Both the position numbers and the translations under genes were made by a program. A stretch of 64,000 nucleotides of DNA from Candidatus Xenobia bacterium. Lineage in GTDB: Bacteria > Vulcanimicrobiota > Xenobia > Xenobiales > QWHO01. Below the pieces are notes generated by a model that was not told the DNA's origin, did no database searches, and saw only the letters and a program-made list of their open reading frames with translations. Of this stretch, positions 28,331-37,981 are shown in pieces. The stretch covers positions 320,001-384,000 of the forward strand of contig BTUM01000001.1 of assembly GCA_045863235.1 (NCBI GenBank), written 5' to 3'. Within the stretch, counting starts at the first letter, position 1, and each line of letters opens with the position of its first letter.

Positions 28331-29629
28331 ATGCCCGCAGTGCGAACTCGATCCCATGAGTTGGCCCAGGAGGCCTGCAAGCACATGCCGGGCGGTGTCA
28401 ACAGCCCGGTACGCGCCTTTCGGGCCGTAGGCGGCGAACCGATCCTCTTCTCCTCAGCCCAGGGATGCCGATTGACTGATGTCGACGGCAATGAGTACAT
28501 CGACCTGGTGGGCTCATGGGGGCCCATGATCTTGGGCCACGCCTACCCCAAAGTCATCCAGGCCGTACAGGAAGCCGCCTCGCGGGGACTTTCGTTCGGA
28601 GCCACCACCGAGGCAGAGATCCGTCTGGCCGAGAAGGTCAAACAGCTCGTCCCCTCCATCGAGCTCTTTCGACTGGTCAACTCCGGCACCGAAGCCTGCA
28701 TGAGCGCCCTTCGGGTGGCTCGCGGATTCACCGGTCGCGATCGCATCGTCAAGTTCGCCGGCTGCTATCACGGACACAGCGATTCTCTCCTGGTGAAAGC
28801 CGGCTCTGGTGCCCTCACGCTGGGCATCCCCGACAGCGGGGGAGTTCCGGCCGACATCGCGCGCAACACCCTGACTCTGCGCTACAACGACCTTGACGCC
28901 GTCCGCACCCTGTTTGCAGCCGAGGGGGACAACATCGCTGCCGTCATCCTCGAGCCGGTCGCAGGCAACATGGGTGTGGTTCCACCCGCTCCGGGCTTCT
29001 TGCAGCTCCTGCGCGAGAAGACCCACCGGTGCGGAGCCTTGTTGGTCTTCGACGAGGTGATGACCGGTTTTCGACTGGCCCCGGGTGGGGCCCAGGAGCA
29101 TTACGAAATCACTCCCGACCTGACCTGTCTGGGCAAAATCCTGGGTGGAGGGCTCCCGCTGGCTGGCTACGGCGGACGCCGCGACATCATGGAGGTGGTG
29201 GCCCCGTTGGGTCCCGTCTACCAGGCCGGCACCCTGTCAGGAAACCCCGTGGCCGTAGCGGCCGGACTTGCCATGCTGCAGAAACTGAGCAACTCGCCCG
29301 GCCTGCACGATAGCCTGGACAACAAAGGGCGTCTGCTGGAGGAGGGCCTTCAGAGCGCCATCGCTCAACACCAGGTCCCCGCCCGGGTGCAGCGCGTGGG
29401 CTCCATGCTGACGCTATTTTTTACAACCACGCCGGTGACCAACTTCGATACCGCCCAGACCAGCAGCACCGACCTCTTCGCCGCTTTCTTCCAGGGAATG
29501 CTGGCGCAGGGAATCTATCTACCGCCCTCGCAGTTTGAAGCGGCCTTTTTGTCCACCGCCCACACCCGCGAGGATATCGATCTGATCGTGGAAGCCGCCG
29601 CGCGCGTCCTGGCCGGCCTGAAGGCCTGA
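28331..29629 (+). CDS. hemL: Glutamate-1-semialdehyde 2,1-aminomutase
   Basis: PGGVNSPVRAF, GCYHGH, FDEVMTGFR, GKILGGG, YQAGTLSGNP, PPSQFE. Confidence 0.97.
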   Translation: MPAVRTRSHELAQEACKHMPGGVNSPVRAFRAVGGEPILFSSAQGCRLTDVDGNEYIDLVGSWGPMILGHAYPKVIQAVQEAASRGLSFGATTEAEIRLAEKVKQLVPSIELFRLVNSGTEACMSALRVARGFTGRDRIVKFAGCYHGHSDSLLVKAGSGALTLGIPDSGGVPADIARNTLTLRYNDLDAVRTLFAAEGDNIAAVILEPVAGNMGVVPPAPGFLQLLREKTHRCGALLVFDEVMTGFRLAPGGAQEHYEITPDLTCLGKILGGGLPLAGYGGRRDIMEVVAPLGPVYQAGTLSGNPVAVAAGLAMLQKLSNSPGLHDSLDNKGRLLEEGLQSAIAQHQVPARVQRVGSMLTLFFTTTPVTNFDTAQTSSTDLFAAFFQGMLAQGIYLPPSQFEAAFLSTAHTREDIDLIVEAAARVLAGLKA

Positions 29630-29642
29630 GGAAGGAGCCATC

Positions 29643-30614
29643 GTGGTCATCGCGCCCCTGAAAGAACTCGAGGAGGATCTCCAGCGCGTCGAAGGCGTCG
29701 TGCTCGAGCTGCTGCAACGCCGCGGGGGCGCCGTTCGGCTACCGGCCGAGCTGATGTTCAAGAGCGGTGGCAAACGCCTGCGACCTGCTCTGGTGCTGCT
29801 CAGCTCGCGCATTCTGGGCCAGCGTCCCGATTCGGCCGTCAAGATCGGGGCCGCGGTGGAAATGGTTCACGGCGCGTCCCTACTTCATGACGACGTCATC
29901 GACGGCACCTTCATGCGCCGCGGTCAAGCAACCTTGAACGCCCTGGAGGGGAACCGCTTCACGGTGCTTCTGGGCGACTTCCTGCTCTGTGAATCGCTAC
30001 TGGCCGTATCCGACCTCAACCAGGTCGTGCTGGTGCAGGTGGTCAGCGAGTCGGTGGCCCTGATGACCCTGGGTCAGCTCCTCGAGCTTGCCCATCAAGG
30101 CGACCCGTTCCTGGCGGAAGCCGACTACCTGCGCATCGTGGAGGGGAAGACGGCTTCCCTGATGTCCTGCGCCTGCAAACTTGGAGCCCTGCTGGGTGGG
30201 GCTGACCCCGATCAGGTGGCCGCCCTGGGCGAGTTTGGACTGAACCTGGGTATCGCGTTCCAAATTGTGGACGATGTGCTCGATTTCTGGGGCGACCCCA
30301 AAGTTCTGGGCAAGCCGGTGGGTTCGGACCTGGGCGAGAAGAAGTTCACGCTTCCGTTTCTTGTTGCCATGCAAAGCAGCGAAGAGCCCGAGCGGGGGCG
30401 CATCGAGGCCCTGGTGACCAACGGCAAGCTCGCCAACGGCAGCGTTCAGGAGGTCGTCAATTGGATGGATTGCCATCAGGCACGCCCGCGCGCCTTGGAG
30501 CTGGCGCGTGGCTATGCTGATCGGGCCAGGCAAGCCCTGGCCCGAATTCCGGCAGGGCCTGCTCGCTTAGCCCTGGAAGAGGTGCTGCACTACGTTCTGG
30601 AGCGGGACCTGTAA
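29643..30614 (+). CDS. Trans-polyprenyl diphosphate synthase
   Basis: GGKRLRP, LHDDVID, RRG, FQIVDDVLD, GKPVGSDL. Confidence 0.93.
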   Translation: MVIAPLKELEEDLQRVEGVVLELLQRRGGAVRLPAELMFKSGGKRLRPALVLLSSRILGQRPDSAVKIGAAVEMVHGASLLHDDVIDGTFMRRGQATLNALEGNRFTVLLGDFLLCESLLAVSDLNQVVLVQVVSESVALMTLGQLLELAHQGDPFLAEADYLRIVEGKTASLMSCACKLGALLGGADPDQVAALGEFGLNLGIAFQIVDDVLDFWGDPKVLGKPVGSDLGEKKFTLPFLVAMQSSEEPERGRIEALVTNGKLANGSVQEVVNWMDCHQARPRALELARGYADRARQALARIPAGPARLALEEVLHYVLERDL

Positions 30615-30980
30615 ATGGAATATGCCTATGTAGCGCTTTTCCTGTTGGGCGGGTTGGCCTTCGTTGGGGCCAGCCTGACACTGAACCGCTTCGTGACCTC
30701 TCCCCACCGCCCCAGTGCCTCCAAACTGATCGCTTACGAGTGCGGCGAGCCCCCCATCGGAGAAGCCTGGGTCCAGTACAACGCTCGCTACTACCTGTTC
30801 GCGATGATGTTCGTGCTCTTCGATGTCGAGGCCGCCTTTCTGATCCCGTGGGCGGTCGGCTTCAAGACCATGAGCCTCGACCTGGGCATCTTGCCTCTGC
30901 TCGAGATGCTCGTCTTTCTCGGCTTGCTCGCCCTGGCGCTAATCTACGCCTGGAGAAAGGGGGCTCTGGAATGGGTCTGA
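30615..30980 (+). CDS. nuoA: NADH-quinone oxidoreductase subunit A
   Basis: YECGE, FVLFDVE, YAWRKGALEW. Confidence 0.95.
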   Translation: MEYAYVALFLLGGLAFVGASLTLNRFVTSPHRPSASKLIAYECGEPPIGEAWVQYNARYYLFAMMFVLFDVEAAFLIPWAVGFKTMSLDLGILPLLEMLVFLGLLALALIYAWRKGALEWV

Positions 30981-31567
30981 TCGACAAAATCCCGGCCTAC
31001 GTGGAGAAAACACCCGGCGGTGGAGTCTTGATGACTCCCCTCAACTGGGTGGTCAATAATGTCAAAGCCAGCTCTCTTTGGTACATGCTCTTTGGTCTGG
31101 CATGCTGCGCCATCGAGATGATGGCCACGGGCGCCTCGCGCTACGACTTCGACCGCCTGGGCATGATCTTTCGCGCCACTCCGCGCCAGACCGACCTGAT
31201 GATCGTGGCCGGCACGCTCACCCTCAAGATGGCACCGCGTGTCAAGTTGCTCTACGAGCAGATGCCCGATCCCAAGTACGTCATCGCCATGGGTGGCTGC
31301 ACGGTCTACGGAGGGCCCTTCTACCATGACGGTTACTCGGTGCTCAAAGGGGTCGACAAGATCATCCCCGTGGACATCCACGTAGCCGGCTGCCCGCCCC
31401 GTCCCGAGGCCCTCATGCACGGCTGTATCGAGCTGCAAAACCTCATCAAGACCGAGAAGCTCGGTCACAAACGCGACCGTCCCGGCCTTCGCCACCTGGC
31501 CGCGGGCACCGTTCGCCCCTCGGGCCTGGTCGTGCCCGACTCGATGCGTGTCGTCCAGAACGCATGA
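30971..31567 (+). CDS. nuoB: NADH-quinone oxidoreductase subunit B
   Basis: GLACCAIEM, TPRQTD, QMPDPK, GCPPRPE. Confidence 0.95.
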   Translation: MGLIDKIPAYVEKTPGGGVLMTPLNWVVNNVKASSLWYMLFGLACCAIEMMATGASRYDFDRLGMIFRATPRQTDLMIVAGTLTLKMAPRVKLLYEQMPDPKYVIAMGGCTVYGGPFYHDGYSVLKGVDKIIPVDIHVAGCPPRPEALMHGCIELQNLIKTEKLGHKRDRPGLRHLAAGTVRPSGLVVPDSMRVVQNA

Positions 31568-32022
31568 AACGGGCGGATTTCCTCAAGAAACTCCAGGAGC
31601 GCTGGCCCGAGACCGTCCAGGACGAGCTCAACGAGAACGGGCTAGAGGCTCCTGCTCAGGCAATTCCCGAGGCGCTGGCCTGGCTCAAGGACGATCCGGA
31701 AACCCGGATGAACTATCTCGACTTCATCACCGCAGTCGACTACCCACCCGATACCATGCACGTGATCTACTCTCTGTATAGCCTGGATAAGCAACATCGA
31801 GTTCAGCTGAAAGTAAAACTCGATCGCCATCACCCTACTCTCCCGACCGTCTCCCACCTGTGGACCAACGCCGAATGGAACGAGCGTGAAATCTACGACC
31901 TGTTCGGGGTGGTCTTCCCGGGCCTGAACGACCCTCGCCGCATCCTGATGCCGGAAGACTGGGAAGGCCATCCCCTGCGCAAAGACTACCTCCACCCCAA
32001 CCTTGCGAGCAAGCCTGACTGA
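31564..32022 (+). CDS. nuoC: NADH-quinone oxidoreductase subunit C
   Basis: TAVDY, EREIYDLFG, RILMP..WEGHPLRKDY. Confidence 0.95.
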   Translation: MKRADFLKKLQERWPETVQDELNENGLEAPAQAIPEALAWLKDDPETRMNYLDFITAVDYPPDTMHVIYSLYSLDKQHRVQLKVKLDRHHPTLPTVSHLWTNAEWNEREIYDLFGVVFPGLNDPRRILMPEDWEGHPLRKDYLHPNLASKPD

Positions 32023-33140
32023 TGTTGACCGAAGACCTGCGCGACGTCCGCACCGAAGAGTTCGAGCTGAACATGGGTCCCCAGCACCCGTCCACCCACG
32101 GCGTGCTGCGCATGATCCTCAAGATGGACGGCGAGAAGGTTCTCCATTGCGACCCGATCATCGGCTATCTGCATCGCTCCATCGAGAAGATGGCCGAGTC
32201 GCGCACTTACACCCAGTTCATTCCGGTCACTGACCGACTCGACTACTGCACCAGCATGACTTCCAACTATGTCTACGTGCTGGCCGTGGAAGCCCTGGGC
32301 GACATCAGCCCGCCGCCTCGGGCCGAGTACATCCGGGTCATCATGTCCGAGCTGAACCGCATCGCCTCGCACCTGCTCTGGTATGGCACGTTCTGCCTGG
32401 AAATCGGAGCCACCACACCCTTTCTCTATGCCTTCCGCGACCGCGAGAAAGTACTCGACCTCTTCGAGATGACCTGCGGTGCCCGGCTCCTCTACAACTA
32501 CTTGCGCGTGGGCGGGGTGTCGCGCGACCTGCCGCCAAGCTTTCTCAAGGAAATGATCGACTTTCTGGATTACTGGGAGCCGATCATCCCCGAGTACGAA
32601 GACCTGCTCGACCAGAACCCGATCTTCTACAATCGGGCCCAGCAGGTCGGGGTCCTCACGCCCGAGCATGCCAACCGATTTGCTATCTCCGGGCCCAGCC
32701 TGAGGGCTTCCGGTGTGAACTACGACGTCCGCCGAGCCGATCCGTACTCGGTCTACAAGGAGCTGAAGTTCGAGGTGCCCCTTGGCAAGAATGGGGATGT
32801 CTTCGACCGCTACCGGGTGCGGATGGAGGAGATGCGCCAGAGCGCGGCCATTCTGCGCCAGTGCGCCGAGATGATCCCTTCCGGCAAGTTCATCGACCTG
32901 CACAACTGGCGTTTTACTCTGGCCCCCGGGGAGGTCTACAAGCACATCGAGTCGCCCCGCGGCGACATTGGCTGCTATCTCGTCTCGGGCGGCGGGGACA
33001 AGCCCTGGCGCTGCAAGTTCCGGACCCCCTCTTTCGTGCACATTCAGCTCTTCCGTGAGCTGATCAAGGACGTGCTGATCCCCGATATCATGGCCATCGC
33101 GGCCAGCTTCGACATCGTGCTCCCCGAGACCGACCGCTGA
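32022..33140 (+). CDS. nuoD: NADH-quinone oxidoreductase subunit D
   Basis: NMGPQHPSTHGVLR, GYLHR, DRLDY, ESPRG. No CxxC NiFe motifs. Confidence 0.95.
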   Translation: MLTEDLRDVRTEEFELNMGPQHPSTHGVLRMILKMDGEKVLHCDPIIGYLHRSIEKMAESRTYTQFIPVTDRLDYCTSMTSNYVYVLAVEALGDISPPPRAEYIRVIMSELNRIASHLLWYGTFCLEIGATTPFLYAFRDREKVLDLFEMTCGARLLYNYLRVGGVSRDLPPSFLKEMIDFLDYWEPIIPEYEDLLDQNPIFYNRAQQVGVLTPEHANRFAISGPSLRASGVNYDVRRADPYSVYKELKFEVPLGKNGDVFDRYRVRMEEMRQSAAILRQCAEMIPSGKFIDLHNWRFTLAPGEVYKHIESPRGDIGCYLVSGGGDKPWRCKFRTPSFVHIQLFRELIKDVLIPDIMAIAASFDIVLPETDR

Positions 33141-33189
33141 GGACTCGAAAGAGGAAAGCCAGGCCCGGCCTCAAACCTCCCGAAGGCTC

Positions 33190-34425
33190 ATGCTGATTCT
33201 GGCCCAGACCCCCCATGGATTTGACGGCTGGCTGACGCCCTACCTGACGCCTTTACTGGGCGAGGTCGGGGCAGCGGCCCTGAGCATGCTGATCGTTCTG
33301 GCGGGTTGCCTGGCCTTCATCGCCCTCAACGTGATGTTCCTGGTCTGGCTCGAGCGCAAGATCAGCGCTCGCATTCAGAACCGCACCGGACCGATGATGA
33401 CCGGTCCTCGCAAGTGGGCTGAAACCTCCATGTGGTTTGGTGGCTTCCTGCAGACTCCGGCCGACGCCATCAAGCTCCTCTTCAAGGAGCAGATCGTTCC
33501 CGCCAAAGCCGATCGGGTGCCCTTCTACCTGGCCCCCATGTCGATCTTCGCGGTGTGCCTTTCGGCCCACGTCGTCTTGCCTTTCGGGCCGCTCTTCTGG
33601 GTGGCAGATTTGAACGTCGGGTTGCTGTACGCGGTCGCCATCAGCTCCCTGACCGTCCTCTCCATCCTGATGGCCGGCTGGGCCTCCAACAGTAAGTACA
33701 GCCTCCTGGGCGGATTGCGGTCGGCAGCCCAGATGCTCTCCTACGAGATTCCCCTGATCTTTGCTCTGCTGGGCCCCATCCTGATGGCGGGCAGCCTCTC
33801 CATGGTGGACATCGTGCGGGCCCAGGCCGAATACGGTGTCTGGTTCATGATCCCCAGCTTTTTGGGACTGGTGATCTACTTCATTTGCGGCATCGCCGAA
33901 GTCAACCGTCCACCCTTCGATATCCCGGAGGCCGAGTCCGAGCTCGTGGCGGGCTACGTTTCCGAGTACTCCGGCCTGATGTTCGCCATGTTCTTCCTGG
34001 CCGAGTTCGCCAACATGTTCCTGATTTCGGGCATCGCGACCACGGTCTTTCTGGGCGGCTGGCTGATTCCTGGATTTGACGCGCCCGAGCTGACCCACCC
34101 TGGCCTGACCGCCAATCCTCGTCTCTGGGTGCAGCTCCTGGGTCTGGGCGCCTTCGTCTTCAAAGCCTACATCCTCGTTCTCATCATGATGTGGATCCGT
34201 TGGACGTTCCCGCGCCTTCGTCCCGACCACCTGATGAACTTTGGCTGGAAATTCCTGCTCCCCATCGCATTCCTCAACCTGATTGGCTGCGCCATCGCCA
34301 CCCTGCTCTACGAAGTGACCGGCAACCCCCTCAGCTTCTGGGCCGCCGGGTTGTTGCTCTGCCTGACCGTCTGGAGCATCATGCGCTCCCGTCGCCAGCC
34401 TCTCCCCCAGGGGGCCAGGCCATGA
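33190..34425 (+). CDS. nuoH: NADH-quinone oxidoreductase subunit H
   Basis: ERKI..RIQNR.GP, ADAIKLL.KE, AQMLSYE, PFDIPEAESEL. Confidence 0.95.
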   Translation: MLILAQTPHGFDGWLTPYLTPLLGEVGAAALSMLIVLAGCLAFIALNVMFLVWLERKISARIQNRTGPMMTGPRKWAETSMWFGGFLQTPADAIKLLFKEQIVPAKADRVPFYLAPMSIFAVCLSAHVVLPFGPLFWVADLNVGLLYAVAISSLTVLSILMAGWASNSKYSLLGGLRSAAQMLSYEIPLIFALLGPILMAGSLSMVDIVRAQAEYGVWFMIPSFLGLVIYFICGIAEVNRPPFDIPEAESELVAGYVSEYSGLMFAMFFLAEFANMFLISGIATTVFLGGWLIPGFDAPELTHPGLTANPRLWVQLLGLGAFVFKAYILVLIMMWIRWTFPRLRPDHLMNFGWKFLLPIAFLNLIGCAIATLLYEVTGNPLSFWAAGLLLCLTVWSIMRSRRQPLPQGARP

Positions 34426-34925
34426 CCGATGCGGTCTTCTTTGTGCTGGCCGGAGTCATCGTTGCCTCAGCCCTGTCCATGGTCCAGGCTCGTAACCTGT
34501 TCCACGCCGGCCTGGCGCTGATCACTTGCTTTTTAGGCGTGGCAGGCATCTACGTGCTGCTGAAGTCACCTTTCATTGCCGCCCTGCAGGTCTTGATCTA
34601 CGCTGGAGCCATCGCGGTCATCCTGCTGTTTGGCTTCATGCTGACCCACCACGTGATGCACACCGACCCCCACAAACGCTTTACTCAGCAAGCCGCCGGC
34701 CTGGGCGCGGCCCTGGCCATGGCCCTGATGCTGGTGGTGATCATCGCGGTATCACCATGGCACAAGACCGGTCAGTCGGTACCGGTGGGCGACCTGGGCT
34801 CGCTGGGGCGACAGCTGCTCACCACTTACCTGCTGCCCTTCGAGCTGGCCTCGGCGTTCTTGCTGGCCGCGCTGGTGGGCGCCATCATGATCGCTCGCAA
34901 GGAAGAGGGGCCGCCTCCCGCATGA
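34422..34925 (+). CDS. nuoJ: NADH-quinone oxidoreductase subunit J
   Basis: QVLIYAGAIAV, YLLPFELAS. ATGA overlap with nuoH. Confidence 0.93.
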   Translation: MTDAVFFVLAGVIVASALSMVQARNLFHAGLALITCFLGVAGIYVLLKSPFIAALQVLIYAGAIAVILLFGFMLTHHVMHTDPHKRFTQQAAGLGAALAMALMLVVIIAVSPWHKTGQSVPVGDLGSLGRQLLTTYLLPFELASAFLLAALVGAIMIARKEEGPPPA

Positions 34926-35230
34926 CGCCCGTTGGTTTGCAGCACTACCTGATTCTGGCCGCGGTGCTGTTCAGCATCGGATTGTACGGCGCCCTGACGC
35001 GACGCAATGCCGTGGCCGTCTTGATGTCGCTGGAGCTGATGTTCAACTCGGTGAACATCAACCTGGTGGCCTTCAGCCACTTCTTGCCCGACTTCACCGG
35101 GGTGCTCTTCTCCATCTTCGTGATCACGGTCGCTGCGGCCGAGGTGACCATCGGAGTCGCCATCGTCTTGTCAGTCTACCGCAACCGCAACACCATCGAC
35201 CTCGAGCAGGTCAACCAGCTGCAGGGCTGA
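34922..35230 (+). CDS. nuoK: NADH-quinone oxidoreductase subunit K
   Basis: LFSIGLYG..TRRN, MSLELMFN, VAAAE. Confidence 0.95.
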   Translation: MTPVGLQHYLILAAVLFSIGLYGALTRRNAVAVLMSLELMFNSVNINLVAFSHFLPDFTGVLFSIFVITVAAAEVTIGVAIVLSVYRNRNTIDLEQVNQLQG

Positions 35231-35714
35231 GCGCTCGCGCCGTCGATACCCCCATCAGGAATCCGATCGCCTTGTCGGTGTCGGGGTACTGGCGCACCAG
35301 CTTCCAGAAGGCCTCCGAGTGGTCGGGCACAATCAGGTGCGCCAGCTCGTGAACCAGCACGTAATCGAGCACAAACTCCGGAAAAGGCTCCAATTCGCGG
35401 GAAATGCGAATCGACTCGGTGCAAGGGGTGCACGAGCCCCAGCGCTTGGCCTGATTGTCTACCCACTGCACCGAGAACCTTAGTTTCCCAGAGAAGTAGA
35501 GATGGTTCAGGACCCGCGCCCGCTGCATCAGGTCGTTGTCGCTCTTCACACGGCGACGCTTCTTTTCGAAATGCTTGCGCATGCGCTCGATCCACTCGAG
35601 CTCTTCCTGGCGCGTGAAACGGGCCGGCACGCGCAGAACCATGACCCCATTCTCGATCGTGGCGGAAACGGTGCGGCGGCGCTGCGCGCTACGAATGATG
35701 CGGACTTCTTCCAT
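35211..35714 (-). CDS. YgjP/DUF45 SprT-like zinc metalloprotein
   Basis: RSAQRRRT, RWGSC, DYVLVHELAHL..DHS.AFW. GGAGG RBS. Confidence 0.88.
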   Translation of the reverse strand: MEEVRIIRSAQRRRTVSATIENGVMVLRVPARFTRQEELEWIERMRKHFEKKRRRVKSDNDLMQRARVLNHLYFSGKLRFSVQWVDNQAKRWGSCTPCTESIRISRELEPFPEFVLDYVLVHELAHLIVPDHSEAFWKLVRQYPDTDKAIGFLMGVSTARALSPAAG

Positions 35715-35836
35715 ACCAGGCCTCCAGAAGGTTTGCCCTGGTGGGCGCCGAACCGGGGACGACCGGCCCTTGGCGGGTTTTCAATTCTTGAGCTCCCTTC
35801 AAGACCCCTGCCAGACCGAACAGCGAGAACAACAGC

Positions 35837-37981
35837 TTGGGTGAACATCAGGCCATAAACTCCATCCTGGAGCTCACCGGTCAGCAGGTGACCGAGGTTG
35901 GGCTGATCCCCCTGTTCCCACTGCTGGCCTTCGTCCTGATCACTCTGGTGACGCTGCGCTGGGGGCGGCTCTCGGCGGCCCTGTCGATCCTGGCGATCTC
36001 CTCGTCACTGGTCCTGTCGACCCGGCTTTTCCTGGGCCGACTGCACGGACCCGACCAGGTAGCTCAAGTCGACTTTTCCTGGATCGACCTGGGTTGGGCC
36101 AGTGTCGAGATGGGCCTGCTGGTGGACAACCTGTCGGCCACCATGCTGATCATGGTCTGCTTCATCGCCCTGCTGATCCAGATCTATTCCTTCAGCTACA
36201 TGGAGACCGAGATTCACCACTTCCCCACCCAGGGCTCTGCCTCGCTCTCACGCTTTTATGCCTATATGTCCCTGTTCGCGTTCTCCATGCTGGGCCTGGT
36301 GCTCTCCACCAACCTGCTTCAGATCTACGTCTTCTGGGAGCTGGTGGGGGCCTGCTCCTTCCTGCTGGTTGGTTTTTGGTACTTCAAGACCAGCGCCACC
36401 CAGGCTTCCAAGAAGGCCTTTGTCGTTACGAAATTCGCCGACCTCTTCTTTCTGATGGGCATCTTGATGCTGGGTACCAAGCTCGACACGTTCGACTTCG
36501 TGTCCATCAATTCCAGCGTGAGCCTTTCAGCCGTCTGGCAGCAAGGCTATCTGCCCCTGGCGGCGGTGCTCATCTTCTGTGGAGCCATCGGCAAGAGCGC
36601 CCAGTTCCCGCTTCAGGTCTGGTTACCGGACGCGATGGAAGGCCCGACACCGGTGTCCGCCCTCATCCACGCAGCCACCATGGTTGCCGCTGGAGTCTAC
36701 CTGGTGGCCCGTATGTTCCCAGTTTTCGACGTGGCCATCCTGGCTGGCGGGACGGTGGCAGCCATCGGCGCCCTGACGGCTCTCCTGGCGGCCACCATGG
36801 CCTGTGTGCAAAACGACGTGAAGCGGGTGCTGGCCTACTCGACCATCTCCCAGCTAGGCTTCATGATGGCCGCCCTGGGCTCGGGCGCCTACACAGCCGG
36901 AACCTTCCACCTGATCACCCACGCCTTCTTCAAAGCCCTGCTGTTCCTGGGCTCGGGTGCCGTGATCGTGGCCTGCCACAACCAGGACATGTGGACCATG
37001 GGGGGGCTGCGCAAGAAGCTCCCCATGACCAGCCTGGCCTTCGCAGCCGGTTGCCTGGCCCTGGCCGGCATTCCCCCTTTTGCGGGCTTCTGGTCCAAAG
37101 ATGAGATCCTGGCTGGCACTCACGGGGCGGTCCTGGTGGTGTTGGTGGTCGCCGCTTTCCTGACCGCGTTCTATGTCACCCGAATGTTCTGCATCACCTT
37201 TCTTGGCGAATTCCGCGGCCAGGAGCACGCCCCGGCCGATCTGGCCGGGCCCGTGCCTCCCGCTACCCTCACCCCTCCTATTGACCCTTCCTGGGAAGTC
37301 TTCACCTTCAAACCCGACTGGACCGAGGAGCGCGCCGTGACCGCCGGCGAGGGACTTCCGCCGGCCTGCCTGGGAGCCCACATGGAGCTGCACCCGGCTG
37401 GCCATCATGAGCCCCACGAAGTCAGCCCGATCATGTACGTGCCCCTGTTGATCCTGTCGCTCTTTGCCGCCTTCCTGGGTTTTGCCGGAATGCCCTGGGA
37501 CAACCTGTTCCACCACCTGATCAACAACCCTCACGAGCCAGAGCACGCCTTCCACGCCTCTATGATGGTCTTCTCGGTCCTGGTCGCACTCGGCGGTGTG
37601 GCCGCGGCCTGGAGCTACTTCGGGCGCGACCCGGTGGCAGGAGAGCGACGCTTGCGCGCCCAGCTCGGGCGTGTCTGGGTGCTCTGGCAACAGAAGTATT
37701 ACATGGACCACCTCTGGGCCTGGCTGCTTTCGGGGACCATGTACCTGGGCGCCCGCGTGGCCGCCTGGGTCGACGACAACATCGTGGATGTGGCCGTCAA
37801 CACCGTCGGGCAGTTGACCGTCTGGGCCGGCAACGAGCTTCGCAAGGAGCAAAGCGGTCGCATCCAGCAGTATCTGCTGCTCATCGTGCTGGCAACGCTG
37901 GTGCTGATCGTCGGGCTCGGCCTGGTGGAGCCTGAATTCGTGCTCCACCCCTTCCCCGGACTCCCGGGAGGTGAGCCATGA
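35837..37981 (+). CDS. nuoL: NADH-quinone oxidoreductase subunit L (start uncertain, possibly GTG 35888)
   Basis: WELVG, GKSAQFPL.VWLPDAMEGPTPVSALIHAATMV, HAFFKALLFL. Confidence 0.93.
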   Translation: MGEHQAINSILELTGQQVTEVGLIPLFPLLAFVLITLVTLRWGRLSAALSILAISSSLVLSTRLFLGRLHGPDQVAQVDFSWIDLGWASVEMGLLVDNLSATMLIMVCFIALLIQIYSFSYMETEIHHFPTQGSASLSRFYAYMSLFAFSMLGLVLSTNLLQIYVFWELVGACSFLLVGFWYFKTSATQASKKAFVVTKFADLFFLMGILMLGTKLDTFDFVSINSSVSLSAVWQQGYLPLAAVLIFCGAIGKSAQFPLQVWLPDAMEGPTPVSALIHAATMVAAGVYLVARMFPVFDVAILAGGTVAAIGALTALLAATMACVQNDVKRVLAYSTISQLGFMMAALGSGAYTAGTFHLITHAFFKALLFLGSGAVIVACHNQDMWTMGGLRKKLPMTSLAFAAGCLALAGIPPFAGFWSKDEILAGTHGAVLVVLVVAAFLTAFYVTRMFCITFLGEFRGQEHAPADLAGPVPPATLTPPIDPSWEVFTFKPDWTEERAVTAGEGLPPACLGAHMELHPAGHHEPHEVSPIMYVPLLILSLFAAFLGFAGMPWDNLFHHLINNPHEPEHAFHASMMVFSVLVALGGVAAAWSYFGRDPVAGERRLRAQLGRVWVLWQQKYYMDHLWAWLLSGTMYLGARVAAWVDDNIVDVAVNTVGQLTVWAGNELRKEQSGRIQQYLLLIVLATLVLIVGLGLVEPEFVLHPFPGLPGGEP

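Noticed and set aside
32022..33140. Short NuoD as a possible group 4 NiFe-hydrogenase large subunit
   Set aside because: No N- or C-terminal CxxC motifs. The quinone-site H and Y motifs of NuoD are present.
33137..33189. CTGAGGA-CTC-GAAA-GAG-GAAA, resembling a hammerhead ribozyme core between nuoD and nuoH
   Set aside because: No stem I can form, and the stem III/UH cleavage-site geometry fails.
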